Shown here piece by piece: positions 18,505 to 26,408 of a stretch of DNA of 32,000 nucleotides (its first letter is position 1; every line of letters begins with the position of its first letter). The DNA comes from Moraxella nasicaprae (GTDB lineage Bacteria > Pseudomonadota > Gammaproteobacteria > Pseudomonadales > Moraxellaceae), in contig NZ_CP089977.1 in NCBI RefSeq assembly GCF_025643275.1, positions 1,260,001-1,292,000 of the forward strand, in the 5' to 3' direction. The position numbers and the translations under genes were made by a program. The notes below the pieces were generated by a model. The model did not search any database. It saw only the letters and a list, made by a program, of their open reading frames with translations, and was not told the origin of the DNA.

Positions 18505-19329
18505 TTAGTGTTTTTGGGCAGCTTGATATAATGGCGTGACGGTTGGCATCAAGGCTTGTAGGTTGTTGATGCGATTGCCGCTATTAGGGTGTGTGCTTAG
18601 AAATTGAGGCACACCGCCACCGCTATCAGCAGCCTGCATTTTTTGCCATAAGGTTACCGCAGCGGCTGGATTGTAGCCTGCACGAGCCATCAATTCTAAG
18701 CCAATTTTATCTGCCTCAGATTCTTGGGTGCGTGAGTGTGGCAGATTTAGTCCAAGTTCGCCAGCCAATCCCACCAGTTGAGTTTGACCATTGGACAGAC
18801 CCAAAGCACTGGCAGCGATACCAAGCACACCTTGTGTGGCGACGCTACGGCTCATTTTTTCACGAGCGTGTTCTCGTAGAGCGTGTGCCATTTCATGACC
18901 CATGATGGCGGCAATTTCAGCATCGCTGAGGTTTAGGCGGTCGATGATGCCAGTATAAAATACGATTTTACCACCAGCCATGACATAGGCATTCAGGCTT
19001 TTGTCGTTGATGGTGTGTACTTCCCATTGCCAAGTGCCCGTGTCGTTACGATAGACGCTGGTGTGGGCAATCAGATGTTTGGCGATGCGTTGCAGGCGAG
19101 CGACTTGGGCAGGATTGTTGTCCAGTTTGCCAGCAGCACGGGCATCGCTTAGAGTTTCTTGGTAGGCTTGGGCGGATAGAGCGAGTACCTCATCGCTGGA
19201 TACCAAAAGAAGCTGTTTGCGGTCAGCACCAACAGCACCGCCTGAGGTGGTGCTACCACAACCAATCATTGGCATGGCGACCATGCTTGCCAAAGACAAA
19301 CCTAGAATGCTTTTTTTGAATGAAGTCAT
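18505..19329 (-). CDS. M48 family zinc metallopeptidase, lipoprotein (LoiP/YggG-like)
   Basis: 274 aa. Lipobox ...AMPMIG/C. Zinc motif HEMAHALREH and a downstream E..AD.. motif. Confidence 0.88.
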   Translation of the reverse strand: MTSFKKSILGLSLASMVAMPMIGCGSTTSGGAVGADRKQLLLVSSDEVLALSAQAYQETLSDARAAGKLDNNPAQVARLQRIAKHLIAHTSVYRNDTGTWQWEVHTINDKSLNAYVMAGGKIVFYTGIIDRLNLSDAEIAAIMGHEMAHALREHAREKMSRSVATQGVLGIAASALGLSNGQTQLVGLAGELGLNLPHSRTQESEADKIGLELMARAGYNPAAAVTLWQKMQAADSGGGVPQFLSTHPNSGNRINNLQALMPTVTPLYQAAQKH

Positions 19330-19571
19330 ATCTTACCTTTTGCGATAAAATGGGATTTTGCTCATTATACTCAAAGCCTGCATGTTATAAAAGCAATGAC
19401 AACAAAAATTCACAAATCAATCTATGTTTTTAAAGATGATTTTGTGATGATGCTGGTCTATCATCTGGTGGTCTCATTGGCGATGATGAAAATTGTTTAT
19501 TTATAACTGATTGATTTTATTAAATTTTTTAGAATTTTGATAAAAAAATCAAAATTTTTTGCAAAAAGTGT

Positions 19572-19599
19572 TTGACAAGGTCAAAAAATCTTGTATAAT
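19572..19599 (+). promoter_or_regulatory. Strong sigma70 promoter of tRNA-Gly
   Basis: Perfect -35 TTGACA (19572-19577), 16-nt spacer, perfect -10 TATAAT (19594-19599), about 30 nt before the tRNA. An A/T-rich UP-like region lies upstream. Confidence 0.75.
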
Positions 19600-19629
19600 A
19601 CGCACCACAAAGCAACGATGCTTAGATAA

Positions 19630-19705
19630 GCGGGAATAGCTCAGTTGGTAGAGCACAACCTTGCCAAGGTTGGGGTCGCGAGTTCGAATCTCGTTTCCCG
19701 CTCCA
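19630..19705 (+). tRNA. tRNA-Gly (anticodon GCC)
   Basis: 76 nt, GCGGGAATAGCTCAGTTGGTAGAGCACAACCTTGCCAAGGTTGGGGTCGCGAGTTCGAATCTCGTTTCCCGCTCCA. It folds as a cloverleaf with an encoded CCA and is near-identical to E. coli tRNA-Gly(GCC). Confidence 0.97.
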
Positions 19706-19715
19706 AATTTTAAAA

Positions 19716-19745
19716 AGCTCAAATCGAAAGATTTGGGCTTTTTTG
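19716..19745 (+). terminator. tRNA-Gly terminator
   Basis: AGCTCAAATC-GAAA-GATTTGGGCT (10-bp stem, one G-U pair) followed by TTTTTT. Confidence 0.8.
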
Positions 19746-19933
19746 TTATCCAGATAAACACCATAGGAGTGATACATTGCTCCTGTTATTTTTTTCATCA
19801 TATTTCATCAGTATTTTTCATTTCATACATCGCATTAGGACGAATACGCTTACACATGGCAAGCTTGATGCTTTTGTCGGTTGTGCTTGGTATGCCACAC
19901 TCATCAAATCATGATATATAATAACAATAAGTT

Positions 19934-19948
19934 GGATAAATTTTATCC
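19934..19948. promoter_or_regulatory. Perfect 7-1-7 palindrome upstream of the receptor operon (candidate operator)
   Basis: GGATAAA-T-TTTATCC. The loop is too short for a hairpin, so a dimeric protein site is more likely. It lies about 35 nt upstream of the predicted -35. Confidence 0.35.
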
Positions 19949-19966
19949 AGCTGAACTATTTGTTAT

Positions 19967-19986
19967 TGATAATAATTCTTATTGTA
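19967..19986. promoter_or_regulatory. Fur-box-like site overlapping the -35 of the receptor promoter
   Basis: TGATAAT-A-ATTCTTA matches the 7-1-7 Fur motif TGATAATnATTATCA at 12 of 14 positions. It matches the 19-bp consensus GATAATGATAATCATTATC at 13 of 19. Confidence 0.55.
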
Positions 19987-20010
19987 TTTTCATTTATTAT
20001 TAACTATAAT
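19982..20010 (+). promoter_or_regulatory. Candidate promoter of the tbpB/lbpB-like operon
   Basis: -35 TTGTAT (19982-19987), 17-nt spacer, perfect -10 TATAAT (20005-20010), about 110 nt before ATG 20124. Confidence 0.5.
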
Positions 20011-20123
20011 AAAAAATTAGCAATGTTTAGAAACAAATGCTTAATATTGATTATTTTTTATACAAACTATCCCTTAATCAAATCAATTTTGCATGGATTT
20101 TTGTTGAATACTTGGAGTGTGTC

Positions 20124-23100
20124 ATGCTTTCTTTGTCTTATGTTACCAAATTTACACCATTGCCGTTAGTGCTTGCCATCAGCACAGCCTTATTGAGTGC
20201 GTGTAGTAGTGGTGGGTTTAGCAATCCTGCTTATATCGAATCGGGGCTTAATCCAAGTGTCGTACCCAAGCCTGCTGATGGCTCAAAGCCTGCCGACGGT
20301 TCAAAACCTACCGATAATTCACAGCCTGCTGATGAGTCAGCACAAGACGAGCCATCGCCGCAGACTTTGGCAATCATTCAGCCAACATTAGGTAGTGCAG
20401 CTGCTATTGCCAAACGAAATCTGTATGCCAATACTGAGGCAGAGAAAAAAATTAATGCTGATGAAATTCTACCCATCGATGCTCAATCCATCAAAGAATT
20501 GGTTGAAAAATTGGGCGAAAAATATCCCAACAAAACGATTTATCAAAATGATAAAACCAATCAAGAGTATCAGTTTGTCAAAGCTGGTTGGGTGTTTTCA
20601 GAGCTGTATTCTGGCGAATCAGTGATTGATGTTCAAAAAAGCACTCGCTATCAGGCGGGCGATGGCTATGTGTATTATTATGGCGATAAGCCAACCATGG
20701 GCATTGCCAAAGGAGAGGTTAAATATCTGGGGCATTGGGATTTTATGACCAACGCCAAACACGTTCGCCGTAAAATCGAAAATGACAAAGGAGAAGTTGA
20801 AGAAACTGTGGGTGGTGGCTCAGCGTATGGCATGGACGATAAATTTGGCGACCATGTGGGGGCGACCAGTTTTGCCGAAAGCTATTTTCAAGAATATGCA
20901 CCAAGACAAGGTCATCACAAGGCACAGTTTTTGGTTAATTTTGATGATAAGCGTTTGACAGGTAAATTAAGCACCCAAAAGAAAACATCAGCCAATGAAG
21001 ATGCTCAGGAAGTGGATAGATATGACATCAATGCCACCATTCGAGGCAATCGTTTTGTGGGCAGTGCCACTGTACCAAAAGACCAAAAGGGCAACAACAG
21101 CACTTTATTTTATGAAGATGCCACTGGACGATTGGAGGGTGGATTTTATGGCGATAAAGCACAAGAGCTGGCAGGTAAATTTTTGACCGATGATGAATCG
21201 GTGTTTGGGGTGTTTGCCGCCAAGCAAACAGACCAAGCACAGGAATTGGCTCAATCATACGACACTTTGTATGTCGATACCACTAATGATGCCAGTATCA
21301 ATGCCAAACAGCTAAGCAGTTTGAGTAATTTTGCTATTTTGGGCGATGTTAGGCAGCTGAGCATCAATGATAAAGTGATTGATTTGTTACCGCAAAATGA
21401 CCAAAAATTTGCCCAGCAAAGTGTTGATTTGCCCACAGGTCAAAAAGCCATCATCACCAATTTTGGTACAGCAGATGGTGTTTTGACCTTAGGTCATCTG
21501 ACCAAAACAGGGGTCAGCAACAAGAAAACCGCTGCACAAGCATTGGCGGAAAAACAAGCCCAAGCCAAACGAGCATTAGAAGAAAAAATTGCTAATGCAA
21601 AAGTAGCTTTGGCAAACAGTCAGGAGGCTGCAAAACAAAAATTTGCCGACAAAATCACAGGGCTTCGAGATGATTTGAGTGCCAATGTGTACGACTATCT
21701 GCTAGAAGAAGATGCGGATGCCAAAGATGAATTGCAACAAACCATCATCGAGCAAGTATTTGCAGGTTATACGCAGCATACCGATGCTCAAAAAGAGCAG
21801 ATTTTAACTTGGCTTGACCATCTTAATGATGTTGATTTGGACGGGTATGAAGAATTTGCTGAAAATAATCAATTCGTTGAAGAAATCATCAAGGTGTTTG
21901 ATGCAGGCGAAAAATTCAATGTCAATGATGAGCGAAATTGGCAAGAATTCTTTGAGATTGATGATGAGACGCTGACTTTGGCAACGGCTGGCGATTTGTT
22001 GAATCGTTATGAATTAAAGGACATCAACCAAGCGAAGGCAGAATTTAAGGAAAAGGTTCAGAGCCAGATACAAGATTTTGATGATTTGTTGGCAGAATAT
22101 GAGGGCGGCGAAATTGAGCTGTCGGATTTAACCAAAAAAGCCACCAAGCAGCTCTTGGCAGTTTATGACAAAAATCAACATAACAATGTCAAAAAGACGC
22201 TCAATGAGTTGATTGCTCAGCTTAGAATCGATGAAGAGAGCGACATTGATATTGATGAAGAAGGGCTTGAAGACGATATCTTGATTGAGAACAGTACGCT
22301 GTTTGCTATTGCCAGATTATTCCAACAAGGCGATAAACTAAATCCTAACAACCAGAAAAACTGGCAGGCTTATCTACCTAAGTCGCCAACCATTGAACCG
22401 CCAAAGCCTGTGGAATACGGCCCACAAGCCATTAAGCTGGCTCAAAATCAGCTAAAAGCTAAGCTCATTCAAGAGCAAGAGGAGCTTGGCGATTTGCTTA
22501 GCGAGTATCCTGATTTGGTACTACTACCTCAACTTGATTTGATGGACGCTAATGAAGCGTCTCAGACATTAAAAGACTTTTTAGGTCGCATTGAGGCGAA
22601 AATTTTATCTTATTATGCCAGTGATAAACACCCAGCCATTAAGACTCAAATCAGCCAGTGGCTTACTGTCATTGATGAAGCTGTGACGGTGGCGGTTGAA
22701 GAGCTTAATGCAGCTGGGGATATTGAAAGCAAACGCCAAGCGGCACTCAAAAAGCTGGAACAGGCAGTCATCACGCCCCAAGAGACACTTGCCAAGCTCA
22801 TCTTGGCAGGCGAGAAAGCCGATGTGAATAATCAGGAAAACTTGCAAGTCTTTTTGGCGGCAATGCCAGTCGTTGAAGAAATGGACATCAATCAGTCAAA
22901 TAGTGGTTTTTATGTGATGGGTGAACGCACGCCACTAAGCCAAATCCCAACACAAGGTCAGGTGCATTATCAAGGCACTTGGCATGGCAAAATCCATAAT
23001 GACCGTAGTTGGGAGACGACACCAGGTCAAGGCGTGCATGACAGCAAAGCATTGTTTGATGTTGATTTTGATAATAAGGCATTGACAGGTCAGCTGCTAG

Positions 23101-23438
23101 AAAAAGGGGCATCTGATGCTACTTTTAACATCAATGCCAAAATCACTGGCAATACTTTTACTGGCAAGGCAATCGCCAATGAAAAAGGCATTTATCTGGA
23201 TAAATATTTGGACATTGCAGGCGGTGTCATCAAACAAAATCCTGTGTTAGATGATAACTTGCAAGGTGGTTTTTATGGTAAAGATGCCGAGTATTTAGCA
23301 GGTGGCTTTTCTTTTGATGGTAAGTTGGAACGCTATGATAGCTCAACCGCCTCAAACGACAAAGAGCTGATTGTTGAGCCTGTCATCGGTGGCGGTGTGT
23401 TTTATGGCACCAAAGATAAAAAAATTAAACAAAAATAA
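20124..23438 (+). CDS. Bilobed TbpB/LbpB-family surface lipoprotein (LbpB-like), about 1104 aa, with a giant acidic C-lobe insertion
   Basis: GGAG Shine-Dalgarno 6 nt before ATG 20124. Lipobox ...LAISTALLSA/CSSGG. N-lobe signatures: GYVYYYGDKPTMGIAKGEVKYLGHWDF, FLVNFDDKRLTGKL, LEGGFYGDKAQELAGKF...VFGVFAAKQ. C-lobe barrel signatures: GERTPLSQIPTQGQVHYQGTWHG, FDVDFDNKALTGQL, LQGGFYGKDAEYLAGGF...GGGVFYGTK. Confidence 0.88.
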   Translation: MLSLSYVTKFTPLPLVLAISTALLSACSSGGFSNPAYIESGLNPSVVPKPADGSKPADGSKPTDNSQPADESAQDEPSPQTLAIIQPTLGSAAAIAKRNLYANTEAEKKINADEILPIDAQSIKELVEKLGEKYPNKTIYQNDKTNQEYQFVKAGWVFSELYSGESVIDVQKSTRYQAGDGYVYYYGDKPTMGIAKGEVKYLGHWDFMTNAKHVRRKIENDKGEVEETVGGGSAYGMDDKFGDHVGATSFAESYFQEYAPRQGHHKAQFLVNFDDKRLTGKLSTQKKTSANEDAQEVDRYDINATIRGNRFVGSATVPKDQKGNNSTLFYEDATGRLEGGFYGDKAQELAGKFLTDDESVFGVFAAKQTDQAQELAQSYDTLYVDTTNDASINAKQLSSLSNFAILGDVRQLSINDKVIDLLPQNDQKFAQQSVDLPTGQKAIITNFGTADGVLTLGHLTKTGVSNKKTAAQALAEKQAQAKRALEEKIANAKVALANSQEAAKQKFADKITGLRDDLSANVYDYLLEEDADAKDELQQTIIEQVFAGYTQHTDAQKEQILTWLDHLNDVDLDGYEEFAENNQFVEEIIKVFDAGEKFNVNDERNWQEFFEIDDETLTLATAGDLLNRYELKDINQAKAEFKEKVQSQIQDFDDLLAEYEGGEIELSDLTKKATKQLLAVYDKNQHNNVKKTLNELIAQLRIDEESDIDIDEEGLEDDILIENSTLFAIARLFQQGDKLNPNNQKNWQAYLPKSPTIEPPKPVEYGPQAIKLAQNQLKAKLIQEQEELGDLLSEYPDLVLLPQLDLMDANEASQTLKDFLGRIEAKILSYYASDKHPAIKTQISQWLTVIDEAVTVAVEELNAAGDIESKRQAALKKLEQAVITPQETLAKLILAGEKADVNNQENLQVFLAAMPVVEEMDINQSNSGFYVMGERTPLSQIPTQGQVHYQGTWHGKIHNDRSWETTPGQGVHDSKALFDVDFDNKALTGQLLEKGASDATFNINAKITGNTFTGKAIANEKGIYLDKYLDIAGGVIKQNPVLDDNLQGGFYGKDAEYLAGGFSFDGKLERYDSSTASNDKELIVEPVIGGGVFYGTKDKKIKQK
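20268..20339 (+). repeat. Four in-frame 18-nt tandem repeats in the lipoprotein anchor peptide
   Basis: aagcctgctgatggctca / aagcctgccgacggttca / aaacctaccgataattca / cagcctgctgatgagtca, encoding KPADGS-KPADGS-KPTDNS-QPADES. Confidence 0.85.
21511..22900 (+). repeat. Three diverged protein-level repeat modules of about 140-160 aa (acidic, predicted helical) inserted in the C-lobe
   Basis: Collinear motifs recur three times. VFDAGEKFNVNDERNWQEF (21894-21950), LFQQGDKLNPNNQKNWQAY (22317-22373) and LILAGEKADVNNQENLQVF (22797-22853). Also DDLLAEY / GDLLSEY, and VFAGYTQHTDAQKEQILTWL / LLAVYDKNQHNNVKKTLNELI / ILSYYASDKHPAIKTQISQWL. Confidence 0.7.
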
Positions 23439-23447
23439 GGGACAGTG

Positions 23448-26246
23448 ATGAAAACTACTCAATATCGCCTAACTCGCCTAAGTATCGCCATCTGTGCCGT
23501 CATTGCAGGTGGTGCGATGCCAGCATTTGCCCAAGATGGCATCGATGCCAATCAGATGAATGCTGCCCATGCTCAGACCCAAGCTGATGAGGTCAATCTG
23601 GGCGAAGCTAAATTGGTCATCAAAAAAAAGACCACCAAAAAAAGCGAAGAAACCACAGGACTTGGCAAGACTGTCAAGACAGCTGATGACATCAGTGAGC
23701 AGCAGATTTTGTCGGTCAGAGATTTGGTCAGGGATACCCCTGGTGTGGCTGTGGTAGAGCAGGGTCGTGGTGCTAGCTCTGGCTATACCATCAGAGGCAT
23801 GGATAAAAACCGAGTGGCGGTCACGGTTGATGGTATTAGTCAAGCCCAATCCTATCTGGTGCAAAAACGCCAGACAGGCGAGGGTCGTGAGGGTAGTGGT
23901 GCCATCAACGAAATCGAGCTTGAAAATGTGAGTGCCGTGCAAATCAGTCAAGGAGCCAGCGGTGTGGAGTCTGGTAGCGGTGCTTTGGGTGGTGGGGTGA
24001 GTTTTCGCACCAAAAGTGTCGATGATGTGCTAGACGATGGGCAAAAATTCACCACCTTTTACAAAGGAGCGTATGCCAGCCGTGACAAACAGGCACTGCA
24101 TTCGGCGGGGTTTGCTTTCAAGCATCAAGGCTTTGATGGTTTGGTGCAATACACCGACCGTACCAAAGAGGCTGTCAAACCGCACAAAGATATTTTTAAG
24201 ACCACGCATGGCGTGTGGCGATGGGGAGCAACAGCTGATGATGTTGCCAATGGTGGTGTTGCGTTAGATAAATATCGATTTGTCTTGGTGGAGGAATGCC
24301 CAAATTATGACACGCAGTTAGATGGCTGTACCATCAAACAAAAAGCACAAAGCAAACCTGTTTTTGAAAAGATAAATGCCAAAGATTATACGGGTAAAAA
24401 CCGAGTCTTGGGCGACCCGATGGATTATGAGTCCAAGTCTTATTTGGTCAAACTGGGTCATGACTTTAATCCAAGCCATCGTCTTGAAGCGGTCTATGAG
24501 CAAACTGAGCAGCATTATAATACTCGTGATATGACCAAAGAGGCGTATCATTTGATTGATTCTAAGGGCGTGGGTGTGCTTGGGGCAAGCCGCAATATCT
24601 ATCTTGGCGATAAAGTTCATGAGGCACTTTATACCCCAGCAGGCGTGGCGGGATATTGGACACAGACCAGATTTGTCGATGAAAAGCATGAAAAAGACAG
24701 ACTGGGTCTAAGTTATCAATTTAATCGTGCCACCAAAACAGGACTGTTTGACGAGGCGAAATTCAGCATCGACCAGCAAACGGTGGACATTGATAATTTT
24801 GCCTTTGAAAAATACTGCTCAGCATATCCATCGGTAGATAAGCATTGTGTACCAAGTGCTGATAAGCCTAATTCTGGCGAAAAAACCAATCGCACTTTGT
24901 ACCAAGAAAAACACCATCTGCTGCGTGCTGATTTTGGTAAGTTGATTGATGGCAAGACCATTCGTCATAGATTATCGGCTGGCTTGGGTGTGGATAAATT
25001 TAAATCCACTCGCACCATCAAAGACATTCACGAAAGAGCTTACAAGCTAAATTATAATTTTGTCAAAGACAAAGGCGATGTAGAAGTTTGGTCCATCAAA
25101 GATGCAACTTTGGTGCATGATGATATCTGCAAAGACCAGCAGTTTGGACTTGGCGAGGCTCGCAAATGTGGCAGCAGTATCATCACGGGTCATAATTTTT
25201 ATGCCAACATCAAAGACACCATTCATGTGGGCGATGTGGCTGATATTAGCTTGGGCGTGCGTCAAGACATTCATCGATTTGACAGTGATGACGATTGGAC
25301 TGGCACAGGCAAATATAAGAATACCTCTTGGAATGTGGGATTGGTTGTCAAGCCAACCGAAAGTTTGGATATTTTGTATCGTGCCTCCTCGGGGTATCGT
25401 GTGCCAAGTTTTAAGGAATTGTTTGGCTATCGTTTGGACGGTGTGACCAAAGAAGATGTGGCAACACCGCCTTTTGACAGACAATTTCGCCACGAAAGAA
25501 CCAATGTTCGCCCAGAAAAAGCCTTAAACCAAGAGTTTGGATTTAGTCTAAAACAAGCATGGGGCAATCTTGATGTTAGCTATTTTGATAATCGCTATAA
25601 GGATTTGATTGATTTGACGCTCAAAAGTTATCCAGGTGTCAATCTGGCGGCAGCGACCAATAACATTTGGGCGTATCGCAACTATCAAGATGTGCATCTA
25701 AATGGCATCACGGTGGGAGGCAAGCTGTATTTTAATGCCTTGTCAGATAAATTGCCATCAGGATTATCTGGTCGTTTGGCATACCTAAAAACCAAGGTCA
25801 AATCAAACAAGCTCAAAGATGTATTTGTGAATGCTGATGGTTATTTTTTGGATACCATCACGCCAACTCGCTATGTGTTGGGGCTTGATTATGTCAGTGA
25901 TGATGACAGATGGGGCTGGGGTGCGGTTATGACCATTACAGCAGCCAAAGATGCCAATGAACTTAAAACCACAGCCCAAGTACCCAGCGGTCAAGAATAT
26001 CAAAGACAGGCCACCAAAGCACACAGTCGCAGCTGGCAGACGCTGGATTTGTCCGCTTTTTATCGTCCAAATCAGTACATGACTGTGCGTGGCAGTGTCC
26101 AAAATGCACTCAACCATCGTTATAGCACTTGGGAGTCATTGCGTCAAACTTCCATCACTTCTGGCAATGCTCATGAGCAAGATTCGCTCAATCAATACGC
26201 TGCTGCTGGTCGTAATTTTGTGGTGTCGGTTGAGCTTAAATACTGA
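23448..26246 (+). CDS. TonB-dependent transferrin/lactoferrin receptor (TbpA/LbpA family)
   Basis: 932 aa from ATG 23448, 9 nt after the lipoprotein gene, with an AAGGGA Shine-Dalgarno. Signal peptide ...AMPAFA/QD. Plug motifs DLVRDTPGVAVVEQGRGASSGYTIRGMDKNRVAVTVDGISQ and EIELENVSAVQISQGASGVESGSGALGG. C-terminal barrel ends ...GRNFVVSVELKY. Confidence 0.92.
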   Translation: MKTTQYRLTRLSIAICAVIAGGAMPAFAQDGIDANQMNAAHAQTQADEVNLGEAKLVIKKKTTKKSEETTGLGKTVKTADDISEQQILSVRDLVRDTPGVAVVEQGRGASSGYTIRGMDKNRVAVTVDGISQAQSYLVQKRQTGEGREGSGAINEIELENVSAVQISQGASGVESGSGALGGGVSFRTKSVDDVLDDGQKFTTFYKGAYASRDKQALHSAGFAFKHQGFDGLVQYTDRTKEAVKPHKDIFKTTHGVWRWGATADDVANGGVALDKYRFVLVEECPNYDTQLDGCTIKQKAQSKPVFEKINAKDYTGKNRVLGDPMDYESKSYLVKLGHDFNPSHRLEAVYEQTEQHYNTRDMTKEAYHLIDSKGVGVLGASRNIYLGDKVHEALYTPAGVAGYWTQTRFVDEKHEKDRLGLSYQFNRATKTGLFDEAKFSIDQQTVDIDNFAFEKYCSAYPSVDKHCVPSADKPNSGEKTNRTLYQEKHHLLRADFGKLIDGKTIRHRLSAGLGVDKFKSTRTIKDIHERAYKLNYNFVKDKGDVEVWSIKDATLVHDDICKDQQFGLGEARKCGSSIITGHNFYANIKDTIHVGDVADISLGVRQDIHRFDSDDDWTGTGKYKNTSWNVGLVVKPTESLDILYRASSGYRVPSFKELFGYRLDGVTKEDVATPPFDRQFRHERTNVRPEKALNQEFGFSLKQAWGNLDVSYFDNRYKDLIDLTLKSYPGVNLAAATNNIWAYRNYQDVHLNGITVGGKLYFNALSDKLPSGLSGRLAYLKTKVKSNKLKDVFVNADGYFLDTITPTRYVLGLDYVSDDDRWGWGAVMTITAAKDANELKTTAQVPSGQEYQRQATKAHSRSWQTLDLSAFYRPNQYMTVRGSVQNALNHRYSTWESLRQTSITSGNAHEQDSLNQYAAAGRNFVVSVELKY

Positions 26247-26278
26247 TAAGGCTTAACCGCCTGCCAAAATCACAAAAA

Positions 26279-26319
26279 CCGCTTTACTTGATGTTAATAA
26301 ACAGTGGAGCGGTTTTTTT
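26279..26319 (+). terminator. Terminator of the receptor operon
   Basis: CCGCTTTAC-16 nt-GTGGAGCGG (9-bp stem, two G-U pairs) followed by TTTTTTT. Confidence 0.65.
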
Positions 26320-26408
26320 ATATTTCTGTTTTTGCAAACAAGTTGATGCAATGCATCAAAATATCGTCAATTCTATTTAAAACCAGACAAAGGTTTTTTT
26401 GCTCAAAG

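Noticed and set aside
19549-19921. ORFs 19549-19764 (minus) and 19661-19921 (plus) overlapping the tRNA-Gly gene.
   Set aside because: They run through a bona fide tRNA and its promoter and terminator. They have no ribosome-binding sites and their sequence is low-complexity.
20037-20123. The ORF track starts the receptor lipoprotein at 20037 with an extra 29 aa (MLNIDYFLYKLSLNQ...).
   Set aside because: The extension lies in AT-rich leader DNA with no Shine-Dalgarno. ATG 20124 has a GGAG 6 nt upstream and yields a canonical lipoprotein signal peptide.
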